Assembly: GCA_018813785.1 (NCBI GenBank)
Contig: JAHJAU010000043.1
Span: 1 to 42,749 of the forward strand
Reading direction: 5' to 3'
DNA: 42,749 bases
From: Patescibacteria group bacterium
GTDB taxonomy: Bacteria > Patescibacteriota > Patescibacteriia > SG8-24
The position numbers and the translations under genes were made by a program. The notes beneath the pieces were generated by a model, which was given only the letters and a program-made list of their open reading frames with translations, had not been told where the DNA came from and made no database searches. Of the stretch, positions 27,595 through 37,449 are shown in pieces (the stretch's first letter is position 1; each line of letters starts with the position of its first letter).

Positions 27595-27826
27595 ACTGAC
27601 CTCTTTCTCTCTCTTTATTAAGAGAAATATCCTGGTGAAAGATGAGAAACCTTGGCAAAAAGACCTCGCACAAATCTAAGCAGAGCTGACCTTTGGCGTC
27701 AACGCGATCAGATAAATGATCTCAAAAACGACCATATCGTGACGGCGTGCACGTGTACGCCCCGCCGCCCTTGAACTTACTTCGTAAATACGCTAGAATT
27801 CCTTCTCGAGCTAAAAGGAGGTCAAC

Positions 27827-27910
27827 ATGAAGCGGCCAATAGCCATGACTATCACCCTGATCGTCGGACTCGTGCTGTTCCTGCTCATGCGCTGGTGCGC
27901 CGGAGCATAA
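27827..27910 (+). CDS. 27-aa single-TM peptide
   Basis: MKRPIAMTITLIVGLVLFLLMRWCAGA*; promoter TTGAAC(27771)-17-TAGAAT(27794), SD AAGGAGGT, terminator GCACCC..GGGTGC-TTTTTT (27928-27950). Confidence 0.7.
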   Translation: MKRPIAMTITLIVGLVLFLLMRWCAGA

Positions 27911-27990
27911 TAAACGATCGTCTCTTTGCACCCACCTAGGGTGCTTTTTTAAAAAAAGACCTGCTTATTAAGTAAGCAGATCCATAGAAA

Positions 27991-28407
27991 TCATGAAGCC
28001 AGATAAACGAGTGCGGCGCGCAGCATATTTTTACGCTCTTCTGGTCGGTCAGCGATAATTCGAAGCAGTTCGTAAACTTCGCCGCGCGTCAAAATTTTAA
28101 CCAAATCCAGATCCTCGTCTGTTAATTCACTGCTGTGAGGCAGAAAATCATCGTTTAGATCTGGAGACAAGGCTCCGACTGGGCAACGAAACCTGGTGAG
28201 CTTATTAAGCCACAATCTGACTAGGCCAGCTGTTTCTTCGTCCATCACTTCCGGATCCCAGACGTTCTTGGCTAGAAGCACGACCTTAACTAATGGCCGA
28301 AAAATATCAGCAATGTCCACCATGGCCATGATTTGTCTTTGCAGTGCCTCGGAGCTATGCGGCTCACACAGGCAACCACAAGACAAAATCTTATCATCGG
28401 TGCTCAT
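27991..28407 (-). CDS. Hypothetical protein
   Basis: Start MSTDDK with AAGGAG SD; promoter TTGACG-17-TATGAT. Confidence 0.6.
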   Translation of the reverse strand: MSTDDKILSCGCLCEPHSSEALQRQIMAMVDIADIFRPLVKVVLLAKNVWDPEVMDEETAGLVRLWLNKLTRFRCPVGALSPDLNDDFLPHSSELTDEDLDLVKILTRGEVYELLRIIADRPEERKNMLRAALVYLAS

Positions 28408-28565
28408 GACTAACTCCTTAAATTTTGAAAAGAAGAATAACTGATCATAGTTTAAAAACAGCCCCACGTCAAGAAACTTAACCTAAAATATTGAATTACC
28501 CAACCAAAAACACCGGATAATTATTTAATCCGGTGTTTCTCAAATTAATCGTTAATTTAAGCCAA

Positions 28566-28880
28566 TTATTTCTTCGCTGCCTTTTTAACCCGTGAACGTA
28601 CGGCTTTCTTTGCGCGCTCCTGAATCCCCCAGGTAATTAGCTCTTTCACCGCCTGAGCGACCAGAGTAAATGATGCGGCTGATCTTTCCATTTTTTCATG
28701 AGCTGAGTGAGCTACTTCCTCTACTTTTTCGACTGCACCGCGTACCTGTCGCACTAGAGCCTCAGTATCGCGCACGATAGAGATGACATAATAAAGCAAC
28801 CAGGAAACAAAAACTGTGATCCATAACACACTAAATGCCAGAACCACGAACAACAAATCTTTACTTGATTCAATAAACAT
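28566..28880 (-). CDS. Small membrane/coiled-coil protein (DUF948-like)
   Basis: N-terminal TM followed by an amphipathic coiled coil; terminator at 28507-28538. Confidence 0.65.
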   Translation of the reverse strand: MFIESSKDLLFVVLAFSVLWITVFVSWLLYYVISIVRDTEALVRQVRGAVEKVEEVAHSAHEKMERSAASFTLVAQAVKELITWGIQERAKKAVRSRVKKAAKK

Positions 28881-28979
28881 AACTGAAGGGACAAATTATT
28901 ATACGAATATTATAGCACAAGCCGATTCGTCGCGAAAAGCTGCTTAACCAAAAAAGCAAAAAATAAATTAAGATTAATC

Positions 28980-31403
28980 CTAGTCTCTCAGCTTGGCTCC
29001 AAGCTCTTTTTCTAAAGCAGTTAATATTCGACTGATCTCCAACTCTACTTCCTCGTTAGTCAACGTGTGCTCGGCATGCGAGAACGACAAATGCATGGCA
29101 AAACTTTTTTGCTCCTTGCCCAGTCGATCACTGCGATAAACGTCAAACAACTCAACCTCAGCCAGCAAATCAGTCACACTGCGGATTATCGCTTCCACTC
29201 TGGTGTATTCAACATTCTCGGCTGCCACAATAGCTAGATCACGCCGAGCTGGTGGAAACAGTGGAATGGAGCAATAACCACCGGCTCTCTTCTGTGACTG
29301 CATCAACCCAGCCAGATCAAACTCAGTCGCGACTACGCGACCAGCCAAACCAAAAGCATTTAGTATGGCCGGATGAATTTCACCCAACGTGCCAATGACG
29401 ACATCTCCGACAAACAAATCAACTGTCCGACCCGGATGCCATAAATGATTCTGTTGTTCGGTACGTTTTAATTGAACGTCACGATCCAAATCATCAAACA
29501 AACTTTCCAGCGTGCCTTTAACCCGACGGAATAAACGATCATCAGCGGTTGTTCCATAAGAAGCAATTAAAACTGTCGCCAGTTCATCTGGTAAATTCAG
29601 TCCGTCATGTCGCTGATAAACATTACTAACCTCGAACAAATCATTCTCTGGGAATAATCCTTCGTTTTCTTTAATGGCGGCTAACGCTCCAGGCACTAAA
29701 CTGGGGCGCATAAAAACAAAATCCGTACTAAGAGGATTGGCGATCTGCAAACAACTTTCCGGAGCAAAACCAGCCTTGGTTAAAACTTCAGATGAAACAA
29801 AAGAATAATTGAGCAGTTCAGTAAAACCGGCAGCCGATAGATATTTTTTGGTGCTATCTTCAGCGATTAAAACCGGATCCATGGGTGCGAGCGGCAGTTT
29901 ACCGGCTGGAATCTCTGAAGGTAGATTGGCATAACCATAAACCCGCGCTATCTCTTCAGCAAAGTCGCGCTCACCTTCGATATCACGCACGCGCCAATAA
30001 GGCACCTCCACATCAAAAACCGGTTTACCCTTTTTAATCGTTGATCGTCGACTGATACCAAAACCGAGCATCTTCAAAATCTTCACCATGCGTGCGGCTG
30101 GAATCTTTACACCAATCAACCGCTCCGCATGATCCGGACGAAACTGAAACTTAACCCGCCGCCGTGAATCAGAACGCAAATCATGTACCTTGCTCGCCAT
30201 CTGACCGCAAGCTATCTTCTGACACAACTCAACTGCTCGCGCCAAAGCGGCCTGGGTTTGTTCCTCGGGTAAACCTTTTTCGAATCGCAAGGACGAATCA
30301 GAGCGCAAATCCAACGAACGACCTGTGCGCCGCACTGAAACCGGATCGAAAGTCGCCGCCTCAAAAACTATCGTATTGGTCTGATCAACTACTCCAGTTC
30401 CTTCGCCACCCATCACTCCGGCCACAGCAATCGGTTTTTCGGCATCAGCAATGATTAACTGATCAGCACTTAAAATTTTCTCTGAACCATCTAGTAATAA
30501 AATCTTCTCCCCCTTCTTGGCCTTGCGAATTCTAATTTTTCCGCCGGCTAATTTCTCATAATCAAAAGCATGCATCGGCTGACCCAATTCCAACATCACA
30601 TAATTAGTAATGTCTACGATATTGTTAATCGGACGCAACCCAGCCATCAGTAAACGATTTTTAAGCCACCAAGGCGACGGGCCAACTTCAATATGATCCA
30701 TAACCACCGCCTGATATCGCGTACACAAAGTCTTCTCATGATTGGCAACTTCAAATGGTACGGGCTTAGATGACTTGGGCATTAATGGTGTCACGGCTTC
30801 CTTCCAGACAAACGGTTCAGCTAAAATCACCGCCGCCTCACGAGCCAAACCAACAATTGAAAACGCGTCTGGCCGATTGGTGGTAACTTCGACATCAAAT
30901 ACGGTGTCCTCTAGGTCGAGTGCCTTAGCCAACTTGGTTCCAGGTTTGGCCTTGCACCAACTCATATCCATAATCTCGCGTTCAGCGTGCGGAAAACCAT
31001 CCTGTAACCCAATTTCACTCGCACCACAAATCATGCCAGAGCTTTTAACACCGCGAATTTCGGTCGGCTCCAACGTAATCAAATCACCAGCACCATGCCA
31101 GCGCACCTGAGCACCCGGCAGAGCAACCACCACTTTCATACCGACCGATAAATTTGTACCACCACACACAATCTCGGCTCGGTCTGTGCCCCAATCAATT
31201 ACCGCAATCTGTAACTTATCGGCATTGGGGTGTGGCTTTAATTCCAACACCTTACCGACAATCATAAACTCAAACGGCGGCGCTTGTGGGTACAAACGCT
31301 CGACGCCCGGACCAGACAACGATACTCGACGAGCAAATTCTTCTGGTGATTGCTTCAAGATGACAAACTCCTTAATCCAATTGTATGAAGCGAGAATATT
31401 CAT
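28980..31403 (-). CDS. pheT: Phenylalanine--tRNA ligase beta subunit
   Basis: HPNADKL, IRGVKSSGMIC, TTNRPD, EEIARVYGY, FDX-ACB C-terminus. Confidence 0.97.
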   Translation of the reverse strand: MNILASYNWIKEFVILKQSPEEFARRVSLSGPGVERLYPQAPPFEFMIVGKVLELKPHPNADKLQIAVIDWGTDRAEIVCGGTNLSVGMKVVVALPGAQVRWHGAGDLITLEPTEIRGVKSSGMICGASEIGLQDGFPHAEREIMDMSWCKAKPGTKLAKALDLEDTVFDVEVTTNRPDAFSIVGLAREAAVILAEPFVWKEAVTPLMPKSSKPVPFEVANHEKTLCTRYQAVVMDHIEVGPSPWWLKNRLLMAGLRPINNIVDITNYVMLELGQPMHAFDYEKLAGGKIRIRKAKKGEKILLLDGSEKILSADQLIIADAEKPIAVAGVMGGEGTGVVDQTNTIVFEAATFDPVSVRRTGRSLDLRSDSSLRFEKGLPEEQTQAALARAVELCQKIACGQMASKVHDLRSDSRRRVKFQFRPDHAERLIGVKIPAARMVKILKMLGFGISRRSTIKKGKPVFDVEVPYWRVRDIEGERDFAEEIARVYGYANLPSEIPAGKLPLAPMDPVLIAEDSTKKYLSAAGFTELLNYSFVSSEVLTKAGFAPESCLQIANPLSTDFVFMRPSLVPGALAAIKENEGLFPENDLFEVSNVYQRHDGLNLPDELATVLIASYGTTADDRLFRRVKGTLESLFDDLDRDVQLKRTEQQNHLWHPGRTVDLFVGDVVIGTLGEIHPAILNAFGLAGRVVATEFDLAGLMQSQKRAGGYCSIPLFPPARRDLAIVAAENVEYTRVEAIIRSVTDLLAEVELFDVYRSDRLGKEQKSFAMHLSFSHAEHTLTNEEVELEISRILTALEKELGAKLRD

Positions 31404-31431
31404 AGGCGATCAATCAAGCACTGAAATAAAA

Positions 31432-32493
31432 TCAAAACTGATTTAAGAAACGAAAGTCACTTTTATACAACACGCGAATATCATCGACCATGATACCTGA
31501 TCGCATCATCATTGTACGTTCCACTCCCCAACCAAAAGCCAGCGCCGAATACTCCTCTGGATCTATGCCGCCAGCAGTCAAAACATTCGGATGCAATAAG
31601 CCGGCGCCACCCAATTCAAGCCAGCCTTCTTTACATAGACGACATTTACTACCATCTTCAGATCGTCCCGAACCGCTACAAATACCACAGCTAATATCAA
31701 CTTCAAAACTCGGCTCAGTAAAACGAAAGTGAAACGGTCGCAAACGCGTATGACGACCGGCGCCAAAAAACTCGCGGGCGAAATGATCCAAAATTCCCTT
31801 CAAATGAGTTACCGAAACGTCACGATCAACCAACAATCCTTCAAACTGATGGAACATTGGTACATGCGACACATCAATCTGACGACGATAAGTTTTGGAA
31901 ATGTTCATCATGCGAATCGGTAGCTGTCCTTTTTTCAATTCCCGGGCACTGCCAGAAGTCGTATGAGGCGTTAAAACCATCTTACCCAACTTGCTGTGCT
32001 GAGGAGCATCAATAAAAAAAGTTTCCCATTCATCGCGAGCCGGATGATCGGGCGGCATATTCAACGCCTCAAATGCAAACCAATCCCACTCTACCTCTGG
32101 GTGTCGAACGCGGGTAAACCCGACCCGGCTAAAAATATCCACGATGTCCTGAATGGCCTGAGTGGTCAAATGCAAATGTCCGGTCTCGGGTCGCAGTCCA
32201 GGAATCGTCACATCAATCCGATCAGTTTCAGCCAGAGCTTTAAACTCAACCTGCAGCAACTCACTACGTCGTAATTTCAACGCGTCCTGTATCTCTTGCT
32301 TTAAATCATTGGCCAGTTGACCAACTTCGCGACGCTCGACCGCTGACAATTCACCCAACTGCTTCATTAGTTGGCTAAACTGACTTTTTCGACCTAAACA
32401 TGTTATCTCGACCTGCTCCAATGCGGTCACATCTGAAGCCACAGAAATCTCAGCTAAAATTTGATCGCGCAGCGCTTTTAATTTGTCTTGCAT
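31432..32493 (-). CDS. pheS: Phenylalanine--tRNA ligase alpha subunit
   Basis: HPAR, MFHQFEGL, FRFTEPSFE, AFGWGVER. Confidence 0.97.
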   Translation of the reverse strand: MQDKLKALRDQILAEISVASDVTALEQVEITCLGRKSQFSQLMKQLGELSAVERREVGQLANDLKQEIQDALKLRRSELLQVEFKALAETDRIDVTIPGLRPETGHLHLTTQAIQDIVDIFSRVGFTRVRHPEVEWDWFAFEALNMPPDHPARDEWETFFIDAPQHSKLGKMVLTPHTTSGSARELKKGQLPIRMMNISKTYRRQIDVSHVPMFHQFEGLLVDRDVSVTHLKGILDHFAREFFGAGRHTRLRPFHFRFTEPSFEVDISCGICSGSGRSEDGSKCRLCKEGWLELGGAGLLHPNVLTAGGIDPEEYSALAFGWGVERTMMMRSGIMVDDIRVLYKSDFRFLNQF

Positions 32494-32529
32494 ATTAATT
32501 CAATGCGGCGGCAGAGTCAGCTCTGCTCA

Positions 32530-33651
32530 TCAGCCGGTAAAAACATTATAGAAGGCTTGTAAAATTCTGTCGCCAAACCTGACCACATCACCGTAAGTCA
32601 CGACGAGGACCAACATCAGCAGCAGAGCGAAACCAACATTATGAATTGTTGCCTCCAAACGCTGATTGATCGCTCGACCTCGAAGACGTTCGATAATCAA
32701 AAAGAGCAGGCGACCGCCATCCAGAGCTGGCAAAGGCAAAATATTTATTACTCCAAGATTAATTGAAAGTAGGGCGGTGAATTGTAATAAATGTCGCCAG
32801 CCATGCCGAGCCACTTCGCCGGTCACAACAGCAATACCAACCGGACCAGAAATCTCGGCTGGTGCTCCACCGCCCATAACCAAATCTCTGATTATAACTG
32901 CAAAAGCAACCACAATTTGTCCGGTGAAAGAAATTGTAGTCCAGAGGCCTTGCAAAAACGCAGCATAAATCGGATATGACACGACGCCGGTCTTCATTAA
33001 ACTAACACCAATACCCGGTTTACCGGTTACTTCCAGCATGGTTGGAGTAAGCGTTTTATCCAAAACCTCTCCGTCTCGATCAAGCTTTAGTCCAATCGGC
33101 CTATCTCCCCCGTCGCCAGTCAAACCAGCAAAAGCCTCAATAGTGGTAACCGCTGATTCATCGGCCATAATTATTACATCGCCGATCTGAATATCAGCCT
33201 CAGCCGCCGGAGTGCCTTCAAGTACATCTACTATATGTAATTTCTCCTCGACGACGCGCGCGTATCCTGGCAGAGCCGCCTCATCATCAATAATTTGTGG
33301 CAGTCCGAAAGTATAACCGACTGAAAACAAAAACCAGGCCAGCACTAAATTCATGACGACCCCAGCGACGATAATAAGCGAGCGTTTAGTTGCTCCTTGA
33401 CGACTAAAACTGTCCGCATCTTGCTCGTTCTCACCTGCTTCGCCCTTCAGGCGGACAAAACCACCAATCGGAATGGCATTGATCGAATAAATCGTGTCAC
33501 CGCGTCGAACACCCCAAAGTCGAGGTGGAAAACCAAAACCAAACTCCTCTACTTTGACACCGGCTCGTCGAGCTAAAAAGAAATGCCCAAACTCATGCGC
33601 GAATACGATAACCGATAAAACAACAATGAAAGTAATAATTGTTCCGATCAT
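32530..33651 (-). CDS. rseP: RIP metalloprotease RseP (M50, PDZ)
   Basis: HEFGH, FGFGFPP, PDZ segment, NILPLPALDGG. Confidence 0.93.
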   Translation of the reverse strand: MIGTIITFIVVLSVIVFAHEFGHFFLARRAGVKVEEFGFGFPPRLWGVRRGDTIYSINAIPIGGFVRLKGEAGENEQDADSFSRQGATKRSLIIVAGVVMNLVLAWFLFSVGYTFGLPQIIDDEAALPGYARVVEEKLHIVDVLEGTPAAEADIQIGDVIIMADESAVTTIEAFAGLTGDGGDRPIGLKLDRDGEVLDKTLTPTMLEVTGKPGIGVSLMKTGVVSYPIYAAFLQGLWTTISFTGQIVVAFAVIIRDLVMGGGAPAEISGPVGIAVVTGEVARHGWRHLLQFTALLSINLGVINILPLPALDGGRLLFLIIERLRGRAINQRLEATIHNVGFALLLMLVLVVTYGDVVRFGDRILQAFYNVFTG

Positions 33652-33756
33652 AATCTCAGCCTAAGAAACAAAAACCTGTTGTTAGAAACAAGGTAAATCA
33701 ATCAATGATTTTTAAAAATGAAAAGCTGTTTTGTTCCAAATTTTCACTAACCTGGA

Positions 33757-34542
33757 TCAGCCGGCGGTTGCTGCTTGGACGACCACCTCTGTACCAAGCC
33801 ATTCTTTTGCCATTTCAACAAAATGTTCTGTTCGGTCACTGACGTAAAATTCATGCTGGCCCGGAGTTCGTACAGCCGCATCCAGACCGGGATTATGCGC
33901 CAAGTAGTCAACCAACTCAGCCACGGTATCTTGAGCCGGATCTACCAACTTCACCTGACCGCCAATTGCTTGTCGAATAACTGAACGCAAAAAAGGATAA
34001 TGAGTACAGCCTAAAATTAATGTATCTATGCGAGCTAATCGTAACGGGTGCAGATACTCTTTGGCAATGGAAAGCGTTTCACTATGACCTATCCAGCCTT
34101 CCTCCACCAACGGCACAAACAACGGACAAGCAACAGAATTGATCCTGACTTGTGGGGACAACTGCAACATCTTACGTTCATAAATTCCACTAGAGATTGT
34201 TCCGCGGGTTCCAATCACACCAACTCTCCCCCGGGTAACGCTCGCGGCACGACGTACGGCCGGCATAACCACTTCAAAAATTGGTATATCAAAATTTTGT
34301 CGCAACATTTCTACACCATGAGCTGAAACAGTGTTACAAGCTACGACAATTATTTTTGCTCCTTTGGATAAAAGAAATTCCGCATCTTGTTGAGCATACC
34401 TGCGAACCAGATCCCGACTTTTTGTTCCATACGGTGTGCGGGCAATATCACCAAAATAAACCACCCGTCGGCCGGGTAGCTGTCTAAATATTTCGCTGGC
34501 AACCGTTAACCCTCCAAGACCAGAATCAAATACACCGATCAT
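33757..34542 (-). CDS. murI: Glutamate racemase
   Basis: FDSGLGG, ACNT, LGCTHY. Confidence 0.96.
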   Translation of the reverse strand: MIGVFDSGLGGLTVASEIFRQLPGRRVVYFGDIARTPYGTKSRDLVRRYAQQDAEFLLSKGAKIIVVACNTVSAHGVEMLRQNFDIPIFEVVMPAVRRAASVTRGRVGVIGTRGTISSGIYERKMLQLSPQVRINSVACPLFVPLVEEGWIGHSETLSIAKEYLHPLRLARIDTLILGCTHYPFLRSVIRQAIGGQVKLVDPAQDTVAELVDYLAHNPGLDAAVRTPGQHEFYVSDRTEHFVEMAKEWLGTEVVVQAATAG

Positions 34543-34684
34543 AACTTAAGTCACACCTTCATAATTTCTATAAAATCCTCTAAATAATGACAGTCTGAAG
34601 CCCAATTAACAAGAGGAGGTGCGATAACAAAAAACTGACCACTCGGTCAATTTTTACTGTAATAAATTGAATTGATTTTAAAGA

Positions 34685-34906
34685 TTATTGCTCAGCCGTG
34701 CTTTTTTGGCTCAATAAATTGTTGCTTGGGTCATTATTGGCATCGATTGGATCGTGAGCGAAAAATAGATGAACAGCTAGGCCTAAAAAGATAATGATAT
34801 ACAAAAAACGTTTTCCGGCTTTAATAATGTTAATTTTCCTCTGTTTGGCCGGTGCTTTTTGGGACTTTTTAGCACAATTTAGGCCACACTGGATTTGTTT
34901 TCTCAT
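34685..34906 (-). CDS. Small single-TM hypothetical protein
   Basis: Basic N-terminus followed by a TM segment. Confidence 0.45.
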   Translation of the reverse strand: MRKQIQCGLNCAKKSQKAPAKQRKINIIKAGKRFLYIIIFLGLAVHLFFAHDPIDANNDPSNNLLSQKSTAEQ

Positions 34907-34966
34907 TTTTCTTTATTTTGGTTTCTATAAATTCATTATACCAAGTTATCCACATGTGTACAAATC

Positions 34967-35069
34967 TAAATATAGTGCCTGTCACCCTCGACTAAATATA
35001 GTGCCTGTCACCCTCGACAGGTAGTAAATATAGTGCCTGTCACCCTCGACAGGTAGAAGGGACAGGTAC
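34967..35069. repeat. Three tandem 26-bp repeats plus one inverted partial copy (REP-like)
   Basis: TAAATATAGTGCCTGTCACCCTCGAC at 34967, 34993 and 35025; inverted GGGACAGGTAC at 35059-35069. Confidence 0.85.
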
Positions 35070-35197
35070 ACCTTAAATTTTTCTCACTTTTACTTTAAAA
35101 AATGTCAGACGCTCTTTAAGCGGGCAGAGATAAACCCCATCGCTTGCAAGCAACGGGGTAAACTCTAGCGACCACGCCAGGAACACGATATTAAAAA

Positions 35198-36571
35198 CTA
35201 ACTCTCAATCAATTCAGTTAGCTCAACTTTCATTTGTTCCATTTTAGCTTCCTTCTTGGCTTCCAGATTTAATCGTAGCTTGGGCTCAGTGTTTGATGCC
35301 CGAACACTGAACCACCAATCCTCTTCTGGATTTGAGTCAGAGAAAAACTCCATACGCACACCATCAATCCTGATAATGTTTGAAGCTTGAGATCCATATT
35401 TATCTTCAAGAGCACTCAGTACAGCCTCTTTATCCTGCACCTCAAAATTTATTTCACCGGAATGATAATAACGTTTCAGCGGTGCAATCAATTCAGACAG
35501 CGGCTGACCTGTTTCTGAAATTAATTGCATGATCAGCAACAGAACCAAATCGGATGATTCAGCTCCACAAAAATCCCTGAAATAAAAATGATTAGAAAGC
35601 TCGCCAGTAAATACTGCGTCAACTTCACGCATGTGTGGCTTGATCAAGCCGTGTCCAACTCGGGTCATAATTGCCTGGCCGCCAGCCTGTTCGATTTCTT
35701 CAACCACAGCCATGCTTTCACGCACGTCGTATAACACCGCTGAACCAGGTGACTCTTTTAGTAATAAAGGAGCCAATAATGCAGCCAATATGTCACCGCG
35801 CACCACTTCACCGGCTTCATCAACAATTCCGATCCGATCCCCGTCACCATCAAAAGCTACACCTAAATCCGCACTCAACTCAGCCACTTTTGCCTTCAAT
35901 GCATCCAAAGTTTCCTCTTTTAGAGGATTGGCTTCATGGTTTGGAAATCGACCATCGAGCTCTTTAAATAAAACTTCGTACTGACAACCCGGTACACGCG
36001 ATAAAATATCATCAATGATCACTCCTTCCATGCCATTGCCCGTGTCCACGGCCACTTTCAAAGGTTTTATCTTTCCTAAATCAACAGCCGATAAAAGCTT
36101 TTCCAAATAATCGGCTCTGATATCCAGAGCGGTCATTTTACCTTCATTATCAGTTGCTTCGTGCGGGCCAGCCAATGCTAAATCACGAATTTCGTTCATC
36201 CCCGACTCTCCGCCGATTGGCAGTGCGTCAGCCAAACACATTTTTACGCCATTGTATTCACTTGGATTGTGTGAAGCGGTGATCATCATACCAGCTTCGT
36301 GTTCGGTATAATCACAAGCCGCAAAATACATCATCGGTGTAGTCACTAAACCGATGTCTACTACGTTACTACCCTGAGAACGGATACCACGCGACAAAGA
36401 TTCAAATAACGCCGGAGTGGTCTCGCGCATATCACGACCGACGACAATATTTTTTGCGGCTGTAAATTTCACCATGGCCTGACCAATTCGATAGGCAGCA
36501 TCTTCATCCAATTCTTCAGGTGATAAACCACGAATATCGTAAGCTTTAAAAAGTTTGGAATTAATTGGCAT
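35198..36571 (-). CDS. Phosphomannomutase/phosphoglucomutase
   Basis: FKAYDIRG, ITASHNP, DGDGDR, GELSNH, RASNTEP. Confidence 0.93.
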   Translation of the reverse strand: MPINSKLFKAYDIRGLSPEELDEDAAYRIGQAMVKFTAAKNIVVGRDMRETTPALFESLSRGIRSQGSNVVDIGLVTTPMMYFAACDYTEHEAGMMITASHNPSEYNGVKMCLADALPIGGESGMNEIRDLALAGPHEATDNEGKMTALDIRADYLEKLLSAVDLGKIKPLKVAVDTGNGMEGVIIDDILSRVPGCQYEVLFKELDGRFPNHEANPLKEETLDALKAKVAELSADLGVAFDGDGDRIGIVDEAGEVVRGDILAALLAPLLLKESPGSAVLYDVRESMAVVEEIEQAGGQAIMTRVGHGLIKPHMREVDAVFTGELSNHFYFRDFCGAESSDLVLLLIMQLISETGQPLSELIAPLKRYYHSGEINFEVQDKEAVLSALEDKYGSQASNIIRIDGVRMEFFSDSNPEEDWWFSVRASNTEPKLRLNLEAKKEAKMEQMKVELTELIES

Positions 36572-36768
36572 AAAATTAATTTAGTTAAATAATATTTAAC
36601 TGAGTCACAAAAAATATCTAAGCCGATTTTTTCTCTAAACTATCCACATTTTTCGTTGACCCAAGCTTATTTTTTACCTATAATTAGGATAGAATTAGTG
36701 TAATCACTTAACAATCGCGGTGCAAATAACGCTTAATCAATGGAGTAATGCACTGCCTAGCCAACTTT

Positions 36769-37335
36769 ATGTCATCACTCACCATAATCACCATCGTCGT
36801 TCTGGGCTTGGTTCTGCTCTTGGCGATGTGGATAATCCTCGTTTATAACGGTCTCATAACTTTACGTAATCGGGTAGATGAAGCCTGGTCAGATATTGAT
36901 GTTCAACTTAAGCGTCGCTATGATCTCATCCCCAATCTGATCGAAACCGTCAAAAGTTATGCTACTCACGAACGTGAAACCTTGGAAAGAGTTGTCGCTG
37001 CCCGAACTGCGGCCATGGGTGCCGAAAACAAGCATGACAAGGCCGAAGCTGAAAATGCCCTGTCACAGACTCTTAAGTCCTTATTTGCCATAGCGGAAAA
37101 TTATCCGGATTTAAAAGCCTCACAAAACTTTCTCCAGATGCAGGATGATCTGAAAGATACCGAAGATAAAATTCAAGCCGCTCGACGCTTTTACAACGCC
37201 AACGTACGTGACTTCAACACGAAAGTTCAGGTCTTTCCTAACAATGTTATTGCTGGCCAATTGAAATTCCGAAAGTACGAATTTTTCGAGATTGAAAACA
37301 AGGAACAACGAGAAAATGTTCAGGTAAAATTCTAA
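36769..37335 (+). CDS. lemA: LemA family protein
   Basis: N-terminal TM, AWSDIDVQLKRRYDLIPNL, ENYPDLKA, ARRFYN. Confidence 0.93.
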   Translation: MSSLTIITIVVLGLVLLLAMWIILVYNGLITLRNRVDEAWSDIDVQLKRRYDLIPNLIETVKSYATHERETLERVVAARTAAMGAENKHDKAEAENALSQTLKSLFAIAENYPDLKASQNFLQMQDDLKDTEDKIQAARRFYNANVRDFNTKVQVFPNNVIAGQLKFRKYEFFEIENKEQRENVQVKF

Positions 37336-37357
37336 GCGTAAACTGAAACCGAACTAA

Positions 37358-37440
37358 TGTAGAGGTGTAGGAAGTGTAGAGGTGTGAAGCGCGGCCAAAT
37401 AATTGGCCGCAGACACTCTTCTACAGCTCTACACCTTTAC
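37358..37440. repeat. Imperfect palindrome made of short TGTAGAGG-type repeats
   Basis: TGTAGAGG-TGTAGGAAG-TGTAGAGG-TGT..GCGGCCAA/TTGGCCGC..CTCTTCTAC-AGCTCTAC-ACCTTTAC. Confidence 0.6.
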
Positions 37441-37449
37441 GTACTTAAC

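Noticed and set aside
13800..28500. Integron cassette array or prophage
   Set aside because: No integrase, no attC-like repeats that I could see, no phage structural genes; genes carry their own promoters and face both directions.
34967..35056. CRISPR array
   Set aside because: The repeats are adjacent or separated by the same 6 nt (AGGTAG); no unique spacers and no cas genes in the window.
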